From the IMG/VR virus record IMGVR_UViG_2775507097_000001, positions 1 to 64,000 of that record: DNA of 64,000 nt; one strand, 5' to 3'. The position numbers were made by a program, and so were the translations under genes. Every line of letters begins with the position of its first letter. Positions within the stretch are counted from its first letter, which is position 1. Positions 34,527-44,470 of the stretch are shown here, piece after piece. The notes below the pieces were generated by a model. The model was not told where the DNA came from, made no database searches, and saw only the letters and a list, made by a program, of their open reading frames with translations. Source of the DNA: a virus (Duplodnaviria; Caudoviricetes).

Positions 34527-37500
34527 TCAGCCGACGAAATTCATGTGCCGGGCAATGTCGGCGGCCTGTTCGGCGCTGGTCTGCTTGGCGCCATTGAGGG
34601 TGATGTTGGTGACGCGGTCGCCGTGCCCTCCGCCCCACGGGGTGCCGTAGTCGTTGCTGGCGTACCGGCTGGCCGGGACCAGGTGGTAGCCGAGCGCCGC
34701 CGCGGAGGCGGCCAGCAGCGCCCTGCTGCGGGCGGTCCGAGTGAGCGGGATGAACGCCTCCGGCCCCGCCTCCCCGGCCAGAACCGGGGTGGCCCGGCTG
34801 AGGATCCCGCCCAGTGCCATGGCCTTCCCGCCCTGGGACACCCACTGCCGGACGAAGACGTCCTTGTTCGGTGCCGGGAGCGCGCCGATCGCGCCGGTCA
34901 TCTTCGGGACCAACGCCTTGATGACGTCGGTGCCCAGGCCTGCGGCGATGAGATCGGCGTAGCCGCGCCCGGTGCCGCCGCGCAGCGTGGACAGCAGGAT
35001 CAGGCTGTTGGTGAGGTCGTCACCGGTGAGCGTGCCCTCAGCCTTGCCGACCGCCTGGTTCGCCTTGGCGGCCTGCGTCTTGCTGCCGACCGCCTGGTGA
35101 GCGAGCGTCTGCGCGTTGGAGTCGCCCTGCGCGGCGAGCGCGGACGCCAGATCCCCGAACCCTTGCGAGGCCAGCGTCTGGAGATCCTTGGCGAACTGCT
35201 GGTTCGTGGTCGTCGCCGCGCCGAGCTGCTTGGTGAAGTCCTGCAGCGTGGCCTTGGCCACGTCCCCGGTTTTCTGGAGCTTCTTGACGATGTCGTTGAA
35301 CTGCTTGTTCGAGGCTCCGGCCAGCGAGTTGACGAGGGCGTAGCCGTCCTCGCCCATCCCTTCGAGCATCGACTCAACCTCGGCGCCGCCCCGCTTGCTG
35401 ATCTTTGCGAGGTTGCCGCGCCACTTGTCCGTCGCCGCGACGCTCTTGTTGAGCTGCGTCTCGTAGGCCTTGAGGTCGAAGCCGGTGGGGGCCTTCGCCC
35501 CCTTCTTCACGCCAAGGGCCGCGTCTGCTTTGTTCACACCCGCGCGGTCAGCCGAGACCGTCTTGTCGGCAGACTTCTTCGCCGACCTGGCCTTGTCGAC
35601 CCGCGACTGGGCGGCCCGCAACTGGGCCGCCGTGTGGTGACCGTGACGTACCCGGGACAGGTTCTTCTCGGCGTTGCTGAGGTCGTCGGCCTTCTTCTTC
35701 GCGTCCTTCAGCGCCGAGTTGAGCTTGTCCCATGCCGCCTTCAGGGCGTCGACGGCCTTGTCGTAGCGCGTCTTCGGATCCGACGGGCCGCCCAGCACTG
35801 CCTGCCCGGTCGGCGTGTAGGTGAAGCCGGCGAGCCCTCCGCCCGCGAACCGCTTGGCGTTGAGGCGGTCGAACATGTGGGTGCCGTACTTGCGGACGGC
35901 GTCTGCCTTGATGACGTACTCGCCGTTGGAGACGAGCGCCGGGATGCTGTCCGAGGTACCCGTGCCGGGGCCTACAACCCGGCCGCCGAACGGCATGTAC
36001 TGGATGGCACCGCCATCCGCGTAGCCCCGCACGAGGCCGCCGCGCGCGTACTTGCCGCCCTCATGGGCGACCGTGCCATGATCCGTGTGCGTCGTCACGA
36101 CGTTGACGGAAACGGTCTTGCCATGGACACCGTCGATGTAGCCCTGGATGGTGGCCGCAGCCGAGCTCGGACCGCCCGTCGGCAGGGTGATCGTGACCTG
36201 CTTGCCGTGCGTCCGCGAGATGTGGAACCCGAGCGACGAGAGCGCCTCCTCGGCCACCTTGGTCAAGGCTCCGACCGTGACGGTCTTCCCCTTGGTACCG
36301 GCGACCTTGCGCCGTACTGCGTCCAGATCCGTGAGCGCCTTGGAAGTTGCAGCACTGACCGGCAGCTTCTTCCCCGGCAACTTCTTCGCGAGCAGCGCGT
36401 CAAGAGCGGCAGCAGCCTTGTCGGTCGGCGCCGTGATCTCCATCTGCCGGCCGCCGGGCAGCGTCTTGACCTTGAAGCCGACCGACTCGATGTCCTTCTT
36501 GGCCTCGGTGGTCAGCGCCGACACCCGGATCGTGGAGCCCTTCGGCATGTGCCCGGCAAGACCCTGGACGTACAGCAGCTGCTTCTGCGTGTCCGACAGA
36601 CCCGGCGTCGACATCGTGATCGCCAGCGACGACGGGATGAACCCCATCTGCATGGCCAGGACCTTCGCCTGGTCGGCGGTGAGCCCGAACTTCTGCCCGG
36701 CCCTGACTGCGGCCTTCCACGACTTCTCCATGGCGCCCTCGGCCTGCTGCAGCGCCGGAACGACATCGGTCTTGTTGGCCCTCGCGTAGTCGTAGGTGGC
36801 CTGGGCCGCGCCGGCCGTCTGCTCGTTGAGGCCCTGCAGCTTGGTCCACAGGGACTGCCCGTTCTCACTCGTCGTGTTCAGGCTGCCGTCGACCTGCAGA
36901 AGAGCCTTGCCGTAGCCCTTCGCGTGGTCGACGCCGTCCTTGTAGCTGCCGTTGAGATCAAGCAGCGCCTGATTCATGACCGCGACCGCCGCCTGCACGT
37001 CCAGCTCGCCGCCCGACAGCAGATCGAGAGCAGTGTGCAGAGCGCGCGCCTTCGTGTCCGCATCCGATGCGGAGTCCCCGAGCGTCTTGATCGCGCCCTG
37101 CAGCCGCCCCGTCGGATCGGTGGCATCCAGAGCCGCAGCGCCAGACCCCTTGACCGCGTCGGCCAAGTCCTTCTGCTTCGTGCGAGCCGCGTCGAACTCC
37201 CCGGAGAGAGAACCGAGCGCATCAGCGGCGTTCTTGTAGACCTGCCCCTGCGGCGTGTACACCTTGCCGGCCGTCCGGCCTGCGTTCACAAACTTCGTGT
37301 TCTCCTCGGCGGCAGCGGATAGCCGCTTGCGCAGCCCATCAACCGATGTGCCCTGCCCGAGGTAGGCGTCCGTGAGCTGGGTGGCGTTGATGCCCGCGCG
37401 GTGCATGACGTCCAGCAGTTGCGTCTTGCCGTCCTTCAGCTTTGTGTCCGCCAGGGTCTGCACGGCCGCAGCGCGAACGCTGCCGTCTGCCACACCGGCG

Positions 37501-39803
37501 GACTGCTGCAGTGCCGTAGTGAGAGCGGAGATCCGCTGCTGGTGGGCTGCCGCGGCAGCCGCGGCTTCCTGCTGCTTCTTGGCCAGCAGGTCCAAGCCGA
37601 TCATTGCGGCGCCGATTGCGACACCCCACGGCCCGCCGAGGAACCCGTACAAACCCCGGGCGGCACCCATCAGCCCGCGCCCGGCGCCCGTGCCGATCGC
37701 GGCCAGAGCGCCGCCGGCCGCCGACCGGAAACCGACCAGGCGACCGCCAGCCTCCTGGATGCCAGTAGAGGCGGTGCGGAACGAGTTGCCCATCGCGGCG
37801 ATCGTCGGGGAGCGGGCCTCGAGTGCAGCGAGCCCGGCACCCCAGCGGCCGAGCGAAACCCCGGCCCGGCTGGCAAGGATCGTCTGCGTCTGCATGGCGC
37901 CGCGCACGCCGTTGAACGACGCGACCGCCGAACGGCCGTAGCCCGCGACCGCGTTCTGCATGCCCTGGATCTGCCCACGGAACGGGCGCATGGCGAGCAT
38001 TGCCAGCACGGACAGCTGGATCGGGCCTGGCAGCCCTGCGAACGCGTGCGCGATGCCGCCCACGAGCTCGCCGACCGGGCGCAGGATTCCCGACATCTCC
38101 CCGAAGAGCCCCACGCCGACCTGGAGACGGCCTGTGAGCACACCAAGGGCACCCGCCCCCGAGGAGACGGACCCGAACATGTCGTGCAGCCCGCCGAGCA
38201 GTGGCTGGGCGGCAGCCCCGGCGTTGCCGAACGCCTGGCCGAGGGAGTGCACGGAGGTGATGGCCAGCGGCACGGAAGCAACCGCAGCCGACGTGATCGC
38301 CGCCTTCAGTGGGGCGGCGAGACTCGACGCGGCCCGGCCGATACCGCCAGCCGCCGAGTGCAACTTCGCCTCGACGGACGGCCCGTAAATGTCCCACAGG
38401 TCACCGGCGATACGGATGCCGGACTTGATGTACGGGATGGCCTTCGAGACGCCCTGCGTCATCGACCGCGTGATTCCCTCGAGGCCCGGGGCGATGCCCA
38501 GGTAGATCTGGAGGAACGCGCTGGAGATCTGCTTGCCGAGGCCGCGCATCGCGCCGCCCAAGCCCTTGGACTCGGCGGCAGCCAGAGCCGCGGCCCCGCC
38601 CACACGACCTACCTGCACGCCGAACGTCTGGAAGGCTTCCCCGCCCTGGTGCGCGAGGGCCACCATGCCCGCGAGGGCGGGCTTGCCGAACGCCATTGCC
38701 GCGGCGGCCGTGAACTGCTGGGTGGTGAGGTGGTGGGAGGCGTCACCGAGCTTGGTGATGACGTACTGCAGGCCCTTGAAGTTGCCCTGGCCGTCGAACG
38801 CCTCGATGCCGAGCTCGTGAAGACCCTTGGTGGCCAGCTTGGTCGGCTTGGCCATGTTGACCAGCGCCGACCGCAGGGCGGTACCGGCGGTCTCACCGAT
38901 GATGCCGGACTTGCCGAGCAGGCCAACCGCAGTGGCTGTGTCCTTGATGGAAACGCCCATGGTGTGGGCGATCGGGCCCACGTACTTCATGGCGTAGTAG
39001 ATGTCCATCAGCTCGCCAGAGGCACTGTTGGACGTGTTCGCAAGGACGTCCGCGACGTGGGTCGCCTCTGTGGACTTGAGGGCGAACTGGTCCATGATGT
39101 CGCCCTCGATCTTCGCCGCGGTTGCGACGTCAGTTCGAGCAGCAGCAGACAGCTGGATCGTGCCTCGAGCAGCCCTGATCGCGTCCTGCGCAGACAGGCC
39201 CGCCTTCGACAGCTCCACCATCGCGTCCGCGGCCTCAGCCGCATTCGCCGACGGCAGCTTCATGTCCGCGCCGAGGGCCTGCGCCTCACGGCCGGCCGCC
39301 GCCATCTGTCCCCCCGAGGCGCGCGTGACCTCGAGGAATTTGTTCATCGCGTCCGTGTACTCGTTGCCCGAGTGGACGATGTCGTGCAGGCCGAAGATGA
39401 TCGCGCCGCCCGCCAGAAGCGCGCCGAGGTGCTTCATCGGGCCTAGGACTGATGTGATGCCGGACTGGACTGAGCCCATTCCGGTGCGCGCCGCAGCCCC
39501 CATCCGCCCGAAAGCGGGCGACGTCAGGGCGGCCTCGTTCCGCATGGCCCGCGCGCCGCGGCCTGCGGCCAGCGCCGCAGCTTCGGCCTCACCGACACCC
39601 GCCGCGCCGCCGCGCGCACCCGCCCCCATGGCCATGAGGCCGGTGCGGGCTATCGCCCCGTCCGCGCCGAGGGCGCGAATCCCGCGCCCAGCGACAAGGG
39701 AGGCCTCGCCGAGGGCCAGCAGTTCGCCAGTGCCGGTACGCACGATGGTGCCAAAGCCCGGCATCTCGGCGATGACGCGGACGCGCACGGTACGGTCGGC
39801 CAC
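34527..39803 (-). CDS. Tape measure protein
   Basis: 1758 aa Ala/Gly-rich; AGTALRS core; GPGTGTSDSIPA..SNGEYV; GEAGPEAFIPL. Confidence 0.97.
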   Translation of the reverse strand: MADRTVRVRVIAEMPGFGTIVRTGTGELLALGEASLVAGRGIRALGADGAIARTGLMAMGAGARGGAAGVGEAEAAALAAGRGARAMRNEAALTSPAFGRMGAAARTGMGSVQSGITSVLGPMKHLGALLAGGAIIFGLHDIVHSGNEYTDAMNKFLEVTRASGGQMAAAGREAQALGADMKLPSANAAEAADAMVELSKAGLSAQDAIRAARGTIQLSAAARTDVATAAKIEGDIMDQFALKSTEATHVADVLANTSNSASGELMDIYYAMKYVGPIAHTMGVSIKDTATAVGLLGKSGIIGETAGTALRSALVNMAKPTKLATKGLHELGIEAFDGQGNFKGLQYVITKLGDASHHLTTQQFTAAAAMAFGKPALAGMVALAHQGGEAFQTFGVQVGRVGGAAALAAAESKGLGGAMRGLGKQISSAFLQIYLGIAPGLEGITRSMTQGVSKAIPYIKSGIRIAGDLWDIYGPSVEAKLHSAAGGIGRAASSLAAPLKAAITSAAVASVPLAITSVHSLGQAFGNAGAAAQPLLGGLHDMFGSVSSGAGALGVLTGRLQVGVGLFGEMSGILRPVGELVGGIAHAFAGLPGPIQLSVLAMLAMRPFRGQIQGMQNAVAGYGRSAVASFNGVRGAMQTQTILASRAGVSLGRWGAGLAALEARSPTIAAMGNSFRTASTGIQEAGGRLVGFRSAAGGALAAIGTGAGRGLMGAARGLYGFLGGPWGVAIGAAMIGLDLLAKKQQEAAAAAAAHQQRISALTTALQQSAGVADGSVRAAAVQTLADTKLKDGKTQLLDVMHRAGINATQLTDAYLGQGTSVDGLRKRLSAAAEENTKFVNAGRTAGKVYTPQGQVYKNAADALGSLSGEFDAARTKQKDLADAVKGSGAAALDATDPTGRLQGAIKTLGDSASDADTKARALHTALDLLSGGELDVQAAVAVMNQALLDLNGSYKDGVDHAKGYGKALLQVDGSLNTTSENGQSLWTKLQGLNEQTAGAAQATYDYARANKTDVVPALQQAEGAMEKSWKAAVRAGQKFGLTADQAKVLAMQMGFIPSSLAITMSTPGLSDTQKQLLYVQGLAGHMPKGSTIRVSALTTEAKKDIESVGFKVKTLPGGRQMEITAPTDKAAAALDALLAKKLPGKKLPVSAATSKALTDLDAVRRKVAGTKGKTVTVGALTKVAEEALSSLGFHISRTHGKQVTITLPTGGPSSAAATIQGYIDGVHGKTVSVNVVTTHTDHGTVAHEGGKYARGGLVRGYADGGAIQYMPFGGRVVGPGTGTSDSIPALVSNGEYVIKADAVRKYGTHMFDRLNAKRFAGGGLAGFTYTPTGQAVLGGPSDPKTRYDKAVDALKAAWDKLNSALKDAKKKADDLSNAEKNLSRVRHGHHTAAQLRAAQSRVDKARSAKKSADKTVSADRAGVNKADAALGVKKGAKAPTGFDLKAYETQLNKSVAATDKWRGNLAKISKRGGAEVESMLEGMGEDGYALVNSLAGASNKQFNDIVKKLQKTGDVAKATLQDFTKQLGAATTTNQQFAKDLQTLASQGFGDLASALAAQGDSNAQTLAHQAVGSKTQAAKANQAVGKAEGTLTGDDLTNSLILLSTLRGGTGRGYADLIAAGLGTDVIKALVPKMTGAIGALPAPNKDVFVRQWVSQGGKAMALGGILSRATPVLAGEAGPEAFIPLTRTARSRALLAASAAALGYHLVPASRYASNDYGTPWGGGHGDRVTNITLNGAKQTSAEQAADIARHMNFVG

Positions 39804-39840
39804 GGCAGCCCCCTATTCAGTTGTCGCGCATTGAGGCAGG

Positions 39841-40440
39841 TCAGTCGGTGGCCAGCCCGAAGGAGCGGAGGACGTCGGCGGCAGCCTGCGAGGGCGGGCC
39901 GAGCTCGCCGGTCTGGAACTGGATCTGGATGGCGGCGGACCACAGTTGTGCGAGCTGCCCGTCGGAAAGCTCGCTCCAGAAGGCCGCGAACTCCTCGGGT
40001 GTCGCTGGCTTCGGCTCGATCAGCTGGGCCTCGACGAGCGCAGGGGCGAAGGCATCCGCGTCGAAGGCCGGTTCCTCGCTCCCGCCGCGGGCTGCCGCCT
40101 TCTCGATCTGGTCCTTGGTCGGCGGATGCTCCACCCGCAGTGCCTGGTAGGCCCGATGGGTGATGGCTTCGAGGGTGAACCGGACCCGGGACTCTTCGGC
40201 CTGCGCTTCCAGCTCCTGGAGGCGCTTGGCGACGTCCCGGGCGGATTCTGTGCCGTTGGCTTCGTCGTGGCGTTGCGCCCGCTCGAGGAGCTGCTCGAGG
40301 GCGTCGATCTCCGACGCGGCCTCAGCGTTCATGACGAGTTCGACGATGTGCCGTGGCCGCTGGATCTTCGCCCGGATGTCAGCGAACGTCAGCGCTGGCT
40401 TCGCAGCCCGGCGCGCGGGCGGCTTCCTGCTCGTAGTCAT
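39841..40440 (-). CDS. Second tail assembly chaperone paralogue
   Basis: HRAYQALRVEHPP...FDADAFAPALV aligns with 41196-41672. Confidence 0.75.
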   Translation of the reverse strand: MTTSRKPPARRAAKPALTFADIRAKIQRPRHIVELVMNAEAASEIDALEQLLERAQRHDEANGTESARDVAKRLQELEAQAEESRVRFTLEAITHRAYQALRVEHPPTKDQIEKAAARGGSEEPAFDADAFAPALVEAQLIEPKPATPEEFAAFWSELSDGQLAQLWSAAIQIQFQTGELGPPSQAAADVLRSFGLATD

Positions 40441-40465
40441 TGGATTCCCTGTCCTTGACGTGCTG

Positions 40466-40843
40466 TTACATGGCCTGGTGGACGGCGATTTCGATGCCGG
40501 TGACCAGGTCTTCGGCGTTCGCGTCGAGCGCGGGGCCGAGGTGTGGGAGGGGGGCGTTCTTCGAGGTGCCGTACTCGATGATGTTGCCGAGCGGCCCCTG
40601 CGCCATGCCCTTGTCGGGGCCGATCTCGCCCTCGACGCCTTCGGCGGTGACCTTGACGTCGTAGGTGATCGAATACGGGTAGGCGGGCAAGTACTTGTGG
40701 CCCTTGATCCGGTTGCGGGCGTCGTCCCGGACCTTCTGCGAGGTGACCTTCACGGCCTTCCCCGCGTTCACCCGCAGCCGCTCAGCGAAAGTGCCCAGGT
40801 CGTCCACCACCACGGTGAGGCCAATCACGTCGATTCCCGCCAT
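40466..40843 (-). CDS. HK97 gp10-like tail completion protein
   Basis: EGEIGP...IIEYGTSKNAPLPHLGPAL. Confidence 0.85.
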   Translation of the reverse strand: MAGIDVIGLTVVVDDLGTFAERLRVNAGKAVKVTSQKVRDDARNRIKGHKYLPAYPYSITYDVKVTAEGVEGEIGPDKGMAQGPLGNIIEYGTSKNAPLPHLGPALDANAEDLVTGIEIAVHQAM

Positions 40844-41208
40844 CACTGCTCCCTCCGGAACACGCTGACCTTCAGCCCCTCGGTTTTGCCGCCGTCTTCC
40901 TGGTGTGCGGCCACCCGGCGGGCGCCGGCGAGGCAGGCGTGGCATTTCGTGATCGACGCGTCGTAGGCGAACTCGGCCTCGGCCTGCGTGGTCTCGGACA
41001 GCAAATGGCCACAGTCTCCGCACAGCCCCGATTCGGCCTCCATCAGGGCCATTGCCCACCAGCGGTCCTCCGGCAGCCATAGCGGCTCACCGGGGGCAGG
41101 CTGCGGGCGGCCGAGGAGGATGCTGCGCGGAATGCCCCAAGCCCGCGCCGCTTCAACTTCCCGCCGGTACGGGAGGCGGTGATCCCGCAGGCGGGCTACG
41201 AGAAAGGG
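40843..41208 (-). CDS. Tail assembly chaperone -1 frameshift extension (gpT-like)
   Basis: -1 frame PFLVARLRD...WLPEDRWWAMAL...CGDCG...CHAC opens at slippery site. Confidence 0.75.
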   Translation of the reverse strand, partial: PFLVARLRDHRLPYRREVEAARAWGIPRSILLGRPQPAPGEPLWLPEDRWWAMALMEAESGLCGDCGHLLSETTQAEAEFAYDASITKCHACLAGARRVAAHQEDGGKTEGLKVSVFRREQ

Positions 41209-41672
41209 ATCGGCGACGGCTCCTCGTTCACCGCGAGCGCCGTCGCGAAGAGCATCCTGGCGGTGCCGTCGTTGACTACGTCCAGCAGCCTGTCGACCTG
41301 CGCCGGCGTCAGCGACGGCTCGACACAGCAGGCAGCGAGAACCGCGGGCAGGAACGTGCCCGCGTCGTAGGGCTCCTTCGAGTCCTTCGGCGCCGGATGA
41401 GCGGCGAGCAGGTTGCTGTAGGCGCGGTGCCCGAGCGCCCGAAACCGGAACTCGACCGCCGTCTCCCGCACCCGCTCCCGGGCCGCAGCAATGCGCTCCT
41501 GAAGCTCGAACGCCGGGTTCGTCTCGCCGAGCGACGTCGGCTGCCACTCCCCCAGCTGTCCCAGCTCCGCCTCCAACGCCTCCAACTCGGCGCCCGCGTC
41601 GCCCGCAAGGCACACCGGAACGGTGACCTCGCGAGGCGACGCCCCTGCCAAAAGCTCCGAGATGTCCGGCAT
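41196..41672 (-). CDS. Tail assembly chaperone (gpG-like)
   Basis: Directly after major tail gene; ends IPFS at slippery sequence. Confidence 0.85.
   Translation of the reverse strand: MPDISELLAGASPREVTVPVCLAGDAGAELEALEAELGQLGEWQPTSLGETNPAFELQERIAAARERVRETAVEFRFRALGHRAYSNLLAAHPAPKDSKEPYDAGTFLPAVLAACCVEPSLTPAQVDRLLDVVNDGTARMLFATALAVNEEPSPIPFS
41202..41208 (-). other. Programmed -1 frameshift heptamer C CCT TTC
   Basis: X XXY YYZ pattern one codon before the stop; -1 frame open to 40843. Confidence 0.75.
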
Positions 41673-42151
41673 CAGGCGACGACAGCCCGCGTCGCCGGGT
41701 CCGACGTGACCTTCAGCGGCGCCATGAACTTCGAGACCTCGTTGGCCGCCGGGGCGATGTTCTGCGCCTCGCCCGCCGCGACCGGGTACACCTCGACCTT
41801 GTCGCCGGTGGCGAACGCGGTGGCGTAGGCCACGCCGCGGCGCACGATGACGAAGCCAGTCGCGCCATACGTCAGCGTGGTGTACGGCTGGTCCTCGGTC
41901 GGGGTCGAGCCCCGCTTGAACGTCAGCTCGACCGTGTAGGAGCGGCGGCCGGGCTGGTTGGTGGTGAACGTGCTGGCCAGCGACGACGTGTCGACGTCCG
42001 CCGTCGCCGGGTCGGCCTTGAGGCCGTCCGGGGTCAGCCGGGTCGTCCAGTCGTTCGCGGCGGTCAGCTCCGCGACCGTCGGTGCGCTCAGGTTCGCGAT
42101 GCTGGTCGCGAACGCGACCTTCGTGTTGCCATCGCTGATCAGGTCAGACAT
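41672..42151 (-). CDS. Major tail (tube) protein
   Basis: IANLSAPTVAEL...VIVRRG...GDKVEVYPV. Confidence 0.9.
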   Translation of the reverse strand: MSDLISDGNTKVAFATSIANLSAPTVAELTAANDWTTRLTPDGLKADPATADVDTSSLASTFTTNQPGRRSYTVELTFKRGSTPTEDQPYTTLTYGATGFVIVRRGVAYATAFATGDKVEVYPVAAGEAQNIAPAANEVSKFMAPLKVTSDPATRAVVA

Positions 42152-42219
42152 GAACCCTCCTCGGGGGCATGAAAAAAGCCCCGGTCAGCGGGGCGGGGCG
42201 AGACTGGGGGCGGGCAGGG

Positions 42220-42552
42220 TCAGATGCGCAGCGCGGCGACGGTCACCGACGTGACGGCCGAGTAGCCGACGCTGGCCTGCTGGTTGATGTCCGCGTGCAA
42301 GGACGAGTCGATGGGGCCGATGAACTTGTCGGTCGCGTTCGCGACGGTGACGATCCGATCCGGCAACGTCAGCCCCTTGACCTGGTTGGACTGCGTCGTG
42401 ATGGTCACGGTGACCGGGCTGGCCCCGCCGTTCTTCACGTGCAGGAAGATGTTGGACGCGCCGAGCGGGATCTTGTCGCCGCCGCCCGCGGCCGTCGAGT
42501 AGGTCGCGGCCAGACCAGCCGCGGTGATCGACTGAAGGCTGAGAACTGCCAT
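42220..42552 (-). CDS. Small virion structural protein
   Basis: Beta-rich LHVKNGGASPVTVTI in structural operon. Confidence 0.7.
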   Translation of the reverse strand: MAVLSLQSITAAGLAATYSTAAGGGDKIPLGASNIFLHVKNGGASPVTVTITTQSNQVKGLTLPDRIVTVANATDKFIGPIDSSLHADINQQASVGYSAVTSVTVAALRI

Positions 42553-42562
42553 GGTGATCTCC

Positions 42563-42973
42563 TCACTGAGGGATTGAGCGCAGCCGGTACCGGGCTACGG
42601 CGTAGTAGTTGGGGGGTGTTACGTCGTCGTCCCTTTGCACCGGCTGACCGTCGAGGAACTCCGGCCGCCAGGACACGCGCCCAGCGACCGTGATTCTCGC
42701 CGCGAGAGCCGCCATGGCCCGGTCCGAAACAGATGCCGCCTGCTCGGCGGTGAGCCCAACACAGGTGAGCTGGACCTCGCCGACGAAGTCGACAAGGTCA
42801 TCAGCGAGTGATGCCGCCACCGCACGCCCCGGAGTCGGGTAGAGCACCGTGTACGGCTGGGTGGCCGTCGGTACGACGCCCGGGGGCGCCCCACCGAAGT
42901 AGACGGTCAGATCGGCCCCGGTGAGAGCTGCGGTGACCGCATCGACGTGAGGAAGAACAGCGGGAGTCGTCAC
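42563..42973 (-). CDS. Tail terminator
   Basis: PYTVLY...QLTCVG.TAEQA...VQRDDDV. Confidence 0.8.
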   Translation of the reverse strand: MTTPAVLPHVDAVTAALTGADLTVYFGGAPPGVVPTATQPYTVLYPTPGRAVAASLADDLVDFVGEVQLTCVGLTAEQAASVSDRAMAALAARITVAGRVSWRPEFLDGQPVQRDDDVTPPNYYAVARYRLRSIPQ

Positions 42974-42986
42974 GGGCGGCCTCCCG

Positions 42987-43394
42987 TCACGTGGCGCCTT
43001 CGACGGTGATCCGCCATGCGGTCGCCGTGCTGCTGAAATCGACGGCCATCACCGCGAACGGCTGGTCGACGAGCCGGGTATCACCGGACGCCGTGATGAC
43101 GACCGCGTCCCCGACCCGCAGGTTGTCCGTGGCAAGCGACGCGAACGGCAACGCCAGCTCGTAGCGGGCCACGATCGTCAGCCGCTCCCCCGCCTCCTCG
43201 TTGCGAGGAACCCGCTGGGGCTTCAGGCGGCACGCACCCGAATACAGGACCGTCGGCGTCCCCGGTGTGAGGACGCTCGTAGGGCGGTCCAGGGTCGACG
43301 CCCCGGGCCGGCTGATCGTGCAGGTGTCCACCAGCAGCTGATCGTGTGCGGCGCGGCCCGCCGCCAGCAGCGGCTGAATGTCGATTGCCGTCAT
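42987..43394 (-). CDS. Head-tail joining (stopper-like) protein
   Basis: DTCTISRP...LYSGACRL...GDAVVIT...TAWR; start re-called. Confidence 0.8.
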   Translation of the reverse strand: MTAIDIQPLLAAGRAAHDQLLVDTCTISRPGASTLDRPTSVLTPGTPTVLYSGACRLKPQRVPRNEEAGERLTIVARYELALPFASLATDNLRVGDAVVITASGDTRLVDQPFAVMAVDFSSTATAWRITVEGAT

Positions 43395-44023
43395 CACGTC
43401 ACCGGTGCCACAGAGAACGACCGTCCGCGGTACACGCGCAGGGCCTCTTTGTGGTCCGCGGTCAGCAGGGCCCCGCCGATGGTCTCGGAGGCAAACGTCC
43501 GCTGATAGTCGTCGATCGACTCCGACCGCAGGCCCTGCGGGTTGGTCATGTTCATCTGCGCCAGATCCAGCACCACGTCGACGACGTCGTCCGGGACCTC
43601 GGCGTAGCCGTGGCTGTAGGTGACCCGGACCCGCTGGGCCCAGATCCCCTGAGGCCGCATGAACGGCCAGCCCATCAGCCGGGTCGGCGCCCACCACGCC
43701 TCGCCGCGGGTCAGCTCGGAGCCGATCCGGGTGAAGTCGCGGCCCTCGATGGCCGTGTACTCCTGATCGGCGATCCCGAACAGTTCCACGACCGTCAGCG
43801 GGTGCGTGTCGTCGACGACGACGGGCCGCTGCGGCAGCCGCAGAATCCGCCCGTTCCCGGGCAGGGTGACCGTCTCGTTCTCCACCAGGGTGAACTGCTG
43901 ACGACAGTACTTCCGGACCCGCGCGGAGGCCCGGCGGATCGCCATCGCCGCCTGCGCCGGATCCAACGACCGCTGCAAGGCGGCCTCGAGATCCGCCTGC
44001 GTCGCGAGAGGGGTCGGGGACAT
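43394..44023 (-). CDS. Head-to-tail adaptor
   Basis: LATQADL...ASARVRKY...VTYSHGY..VPDDV...NPQGLRSESIDDY. Confidence 0.85.
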   Translation of the reverse strand: MSPTPLATQADLEAALQRSLDPAQAAMAIRRASARVRKYCRQQFTLVENETVTLPGNGRILRLPQRPVVVDDTHPLTVVELFGIADQEYTAIEGRDFTRIGSELTRGEAWWAPTRLMGWPFMRPQGIWAQRVRVTYSHGYAEVPDDVVDVVLDLAQMNMTNPQGLRSESIDDYQRTFASETIGGALLTADHKEALRVYRGRSFSVAPVT

Positions 44024-44034
44024 GCGGGCCCCCT

Positions 44035-44400
44035 CTACTCCTCGGCGTCGGCCAGGGCCGTCAGCCGCTTCACCACGGTCGACCGCGGCTTGTCCTTCGC
44101 CTGCTCAGCCGCCAGGGCCTGCGCCGCACGCTCGCGGTCGCCGTCCACCCACGACATGAGGTCGTCGATCGTGCCGTCCACCGGCGGACCGTCGCCCTCT
44201 TCCTGCTGCTCGGGCTCGGCCGGGGGCTCCTTCGGCGCCTGAGGCGGCTCGGGGTCCGCCTCCAGGATCTCCACCGATCCCTCGGGAGCGTTGTCGGCGA
44301 AGTGCCGGGCCTGATCGCCCTCCAACTCCGCGTCCTTATGGAACGTGGTGACCGCATAGTTCCAGTACGCGGTGAACTCCTCGAGCACGCGCACGCGCAT
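44035..44400 (-). CDS. Small head-associated protein
   Basis: GTIDDLMSWV...AEQAKDKPRSTVV after capsid gene. Confidence 0.7.
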   Translation of the reverse strand: MRVRVLEEFTAYWNYAVTTFHKDAELEGDQARHFADNAPEGSVEILEADPEPPQAPKEPPAEPEQQEEGDGPPVDGTIDDLMSWVDGDRERAAQALAAEQAKDKPRSTVVKRLTALADAEE

Positions 44401-44470
44401 GACTCATCTCCTTCGTGAAGGCCCGCCGGCGCGGACGGACAGGGATGCGTCCGCGCCGACGGGAGCCATA

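Noticed and set aside
34368-39446. Long plus-strand ORFs (984 aa, 681 aa) and many similar ones across the window
   Set aside because: Antisense shadows of real genes; expected in high-GC DNA, Arg/Gly/Pro-rich and motif-free
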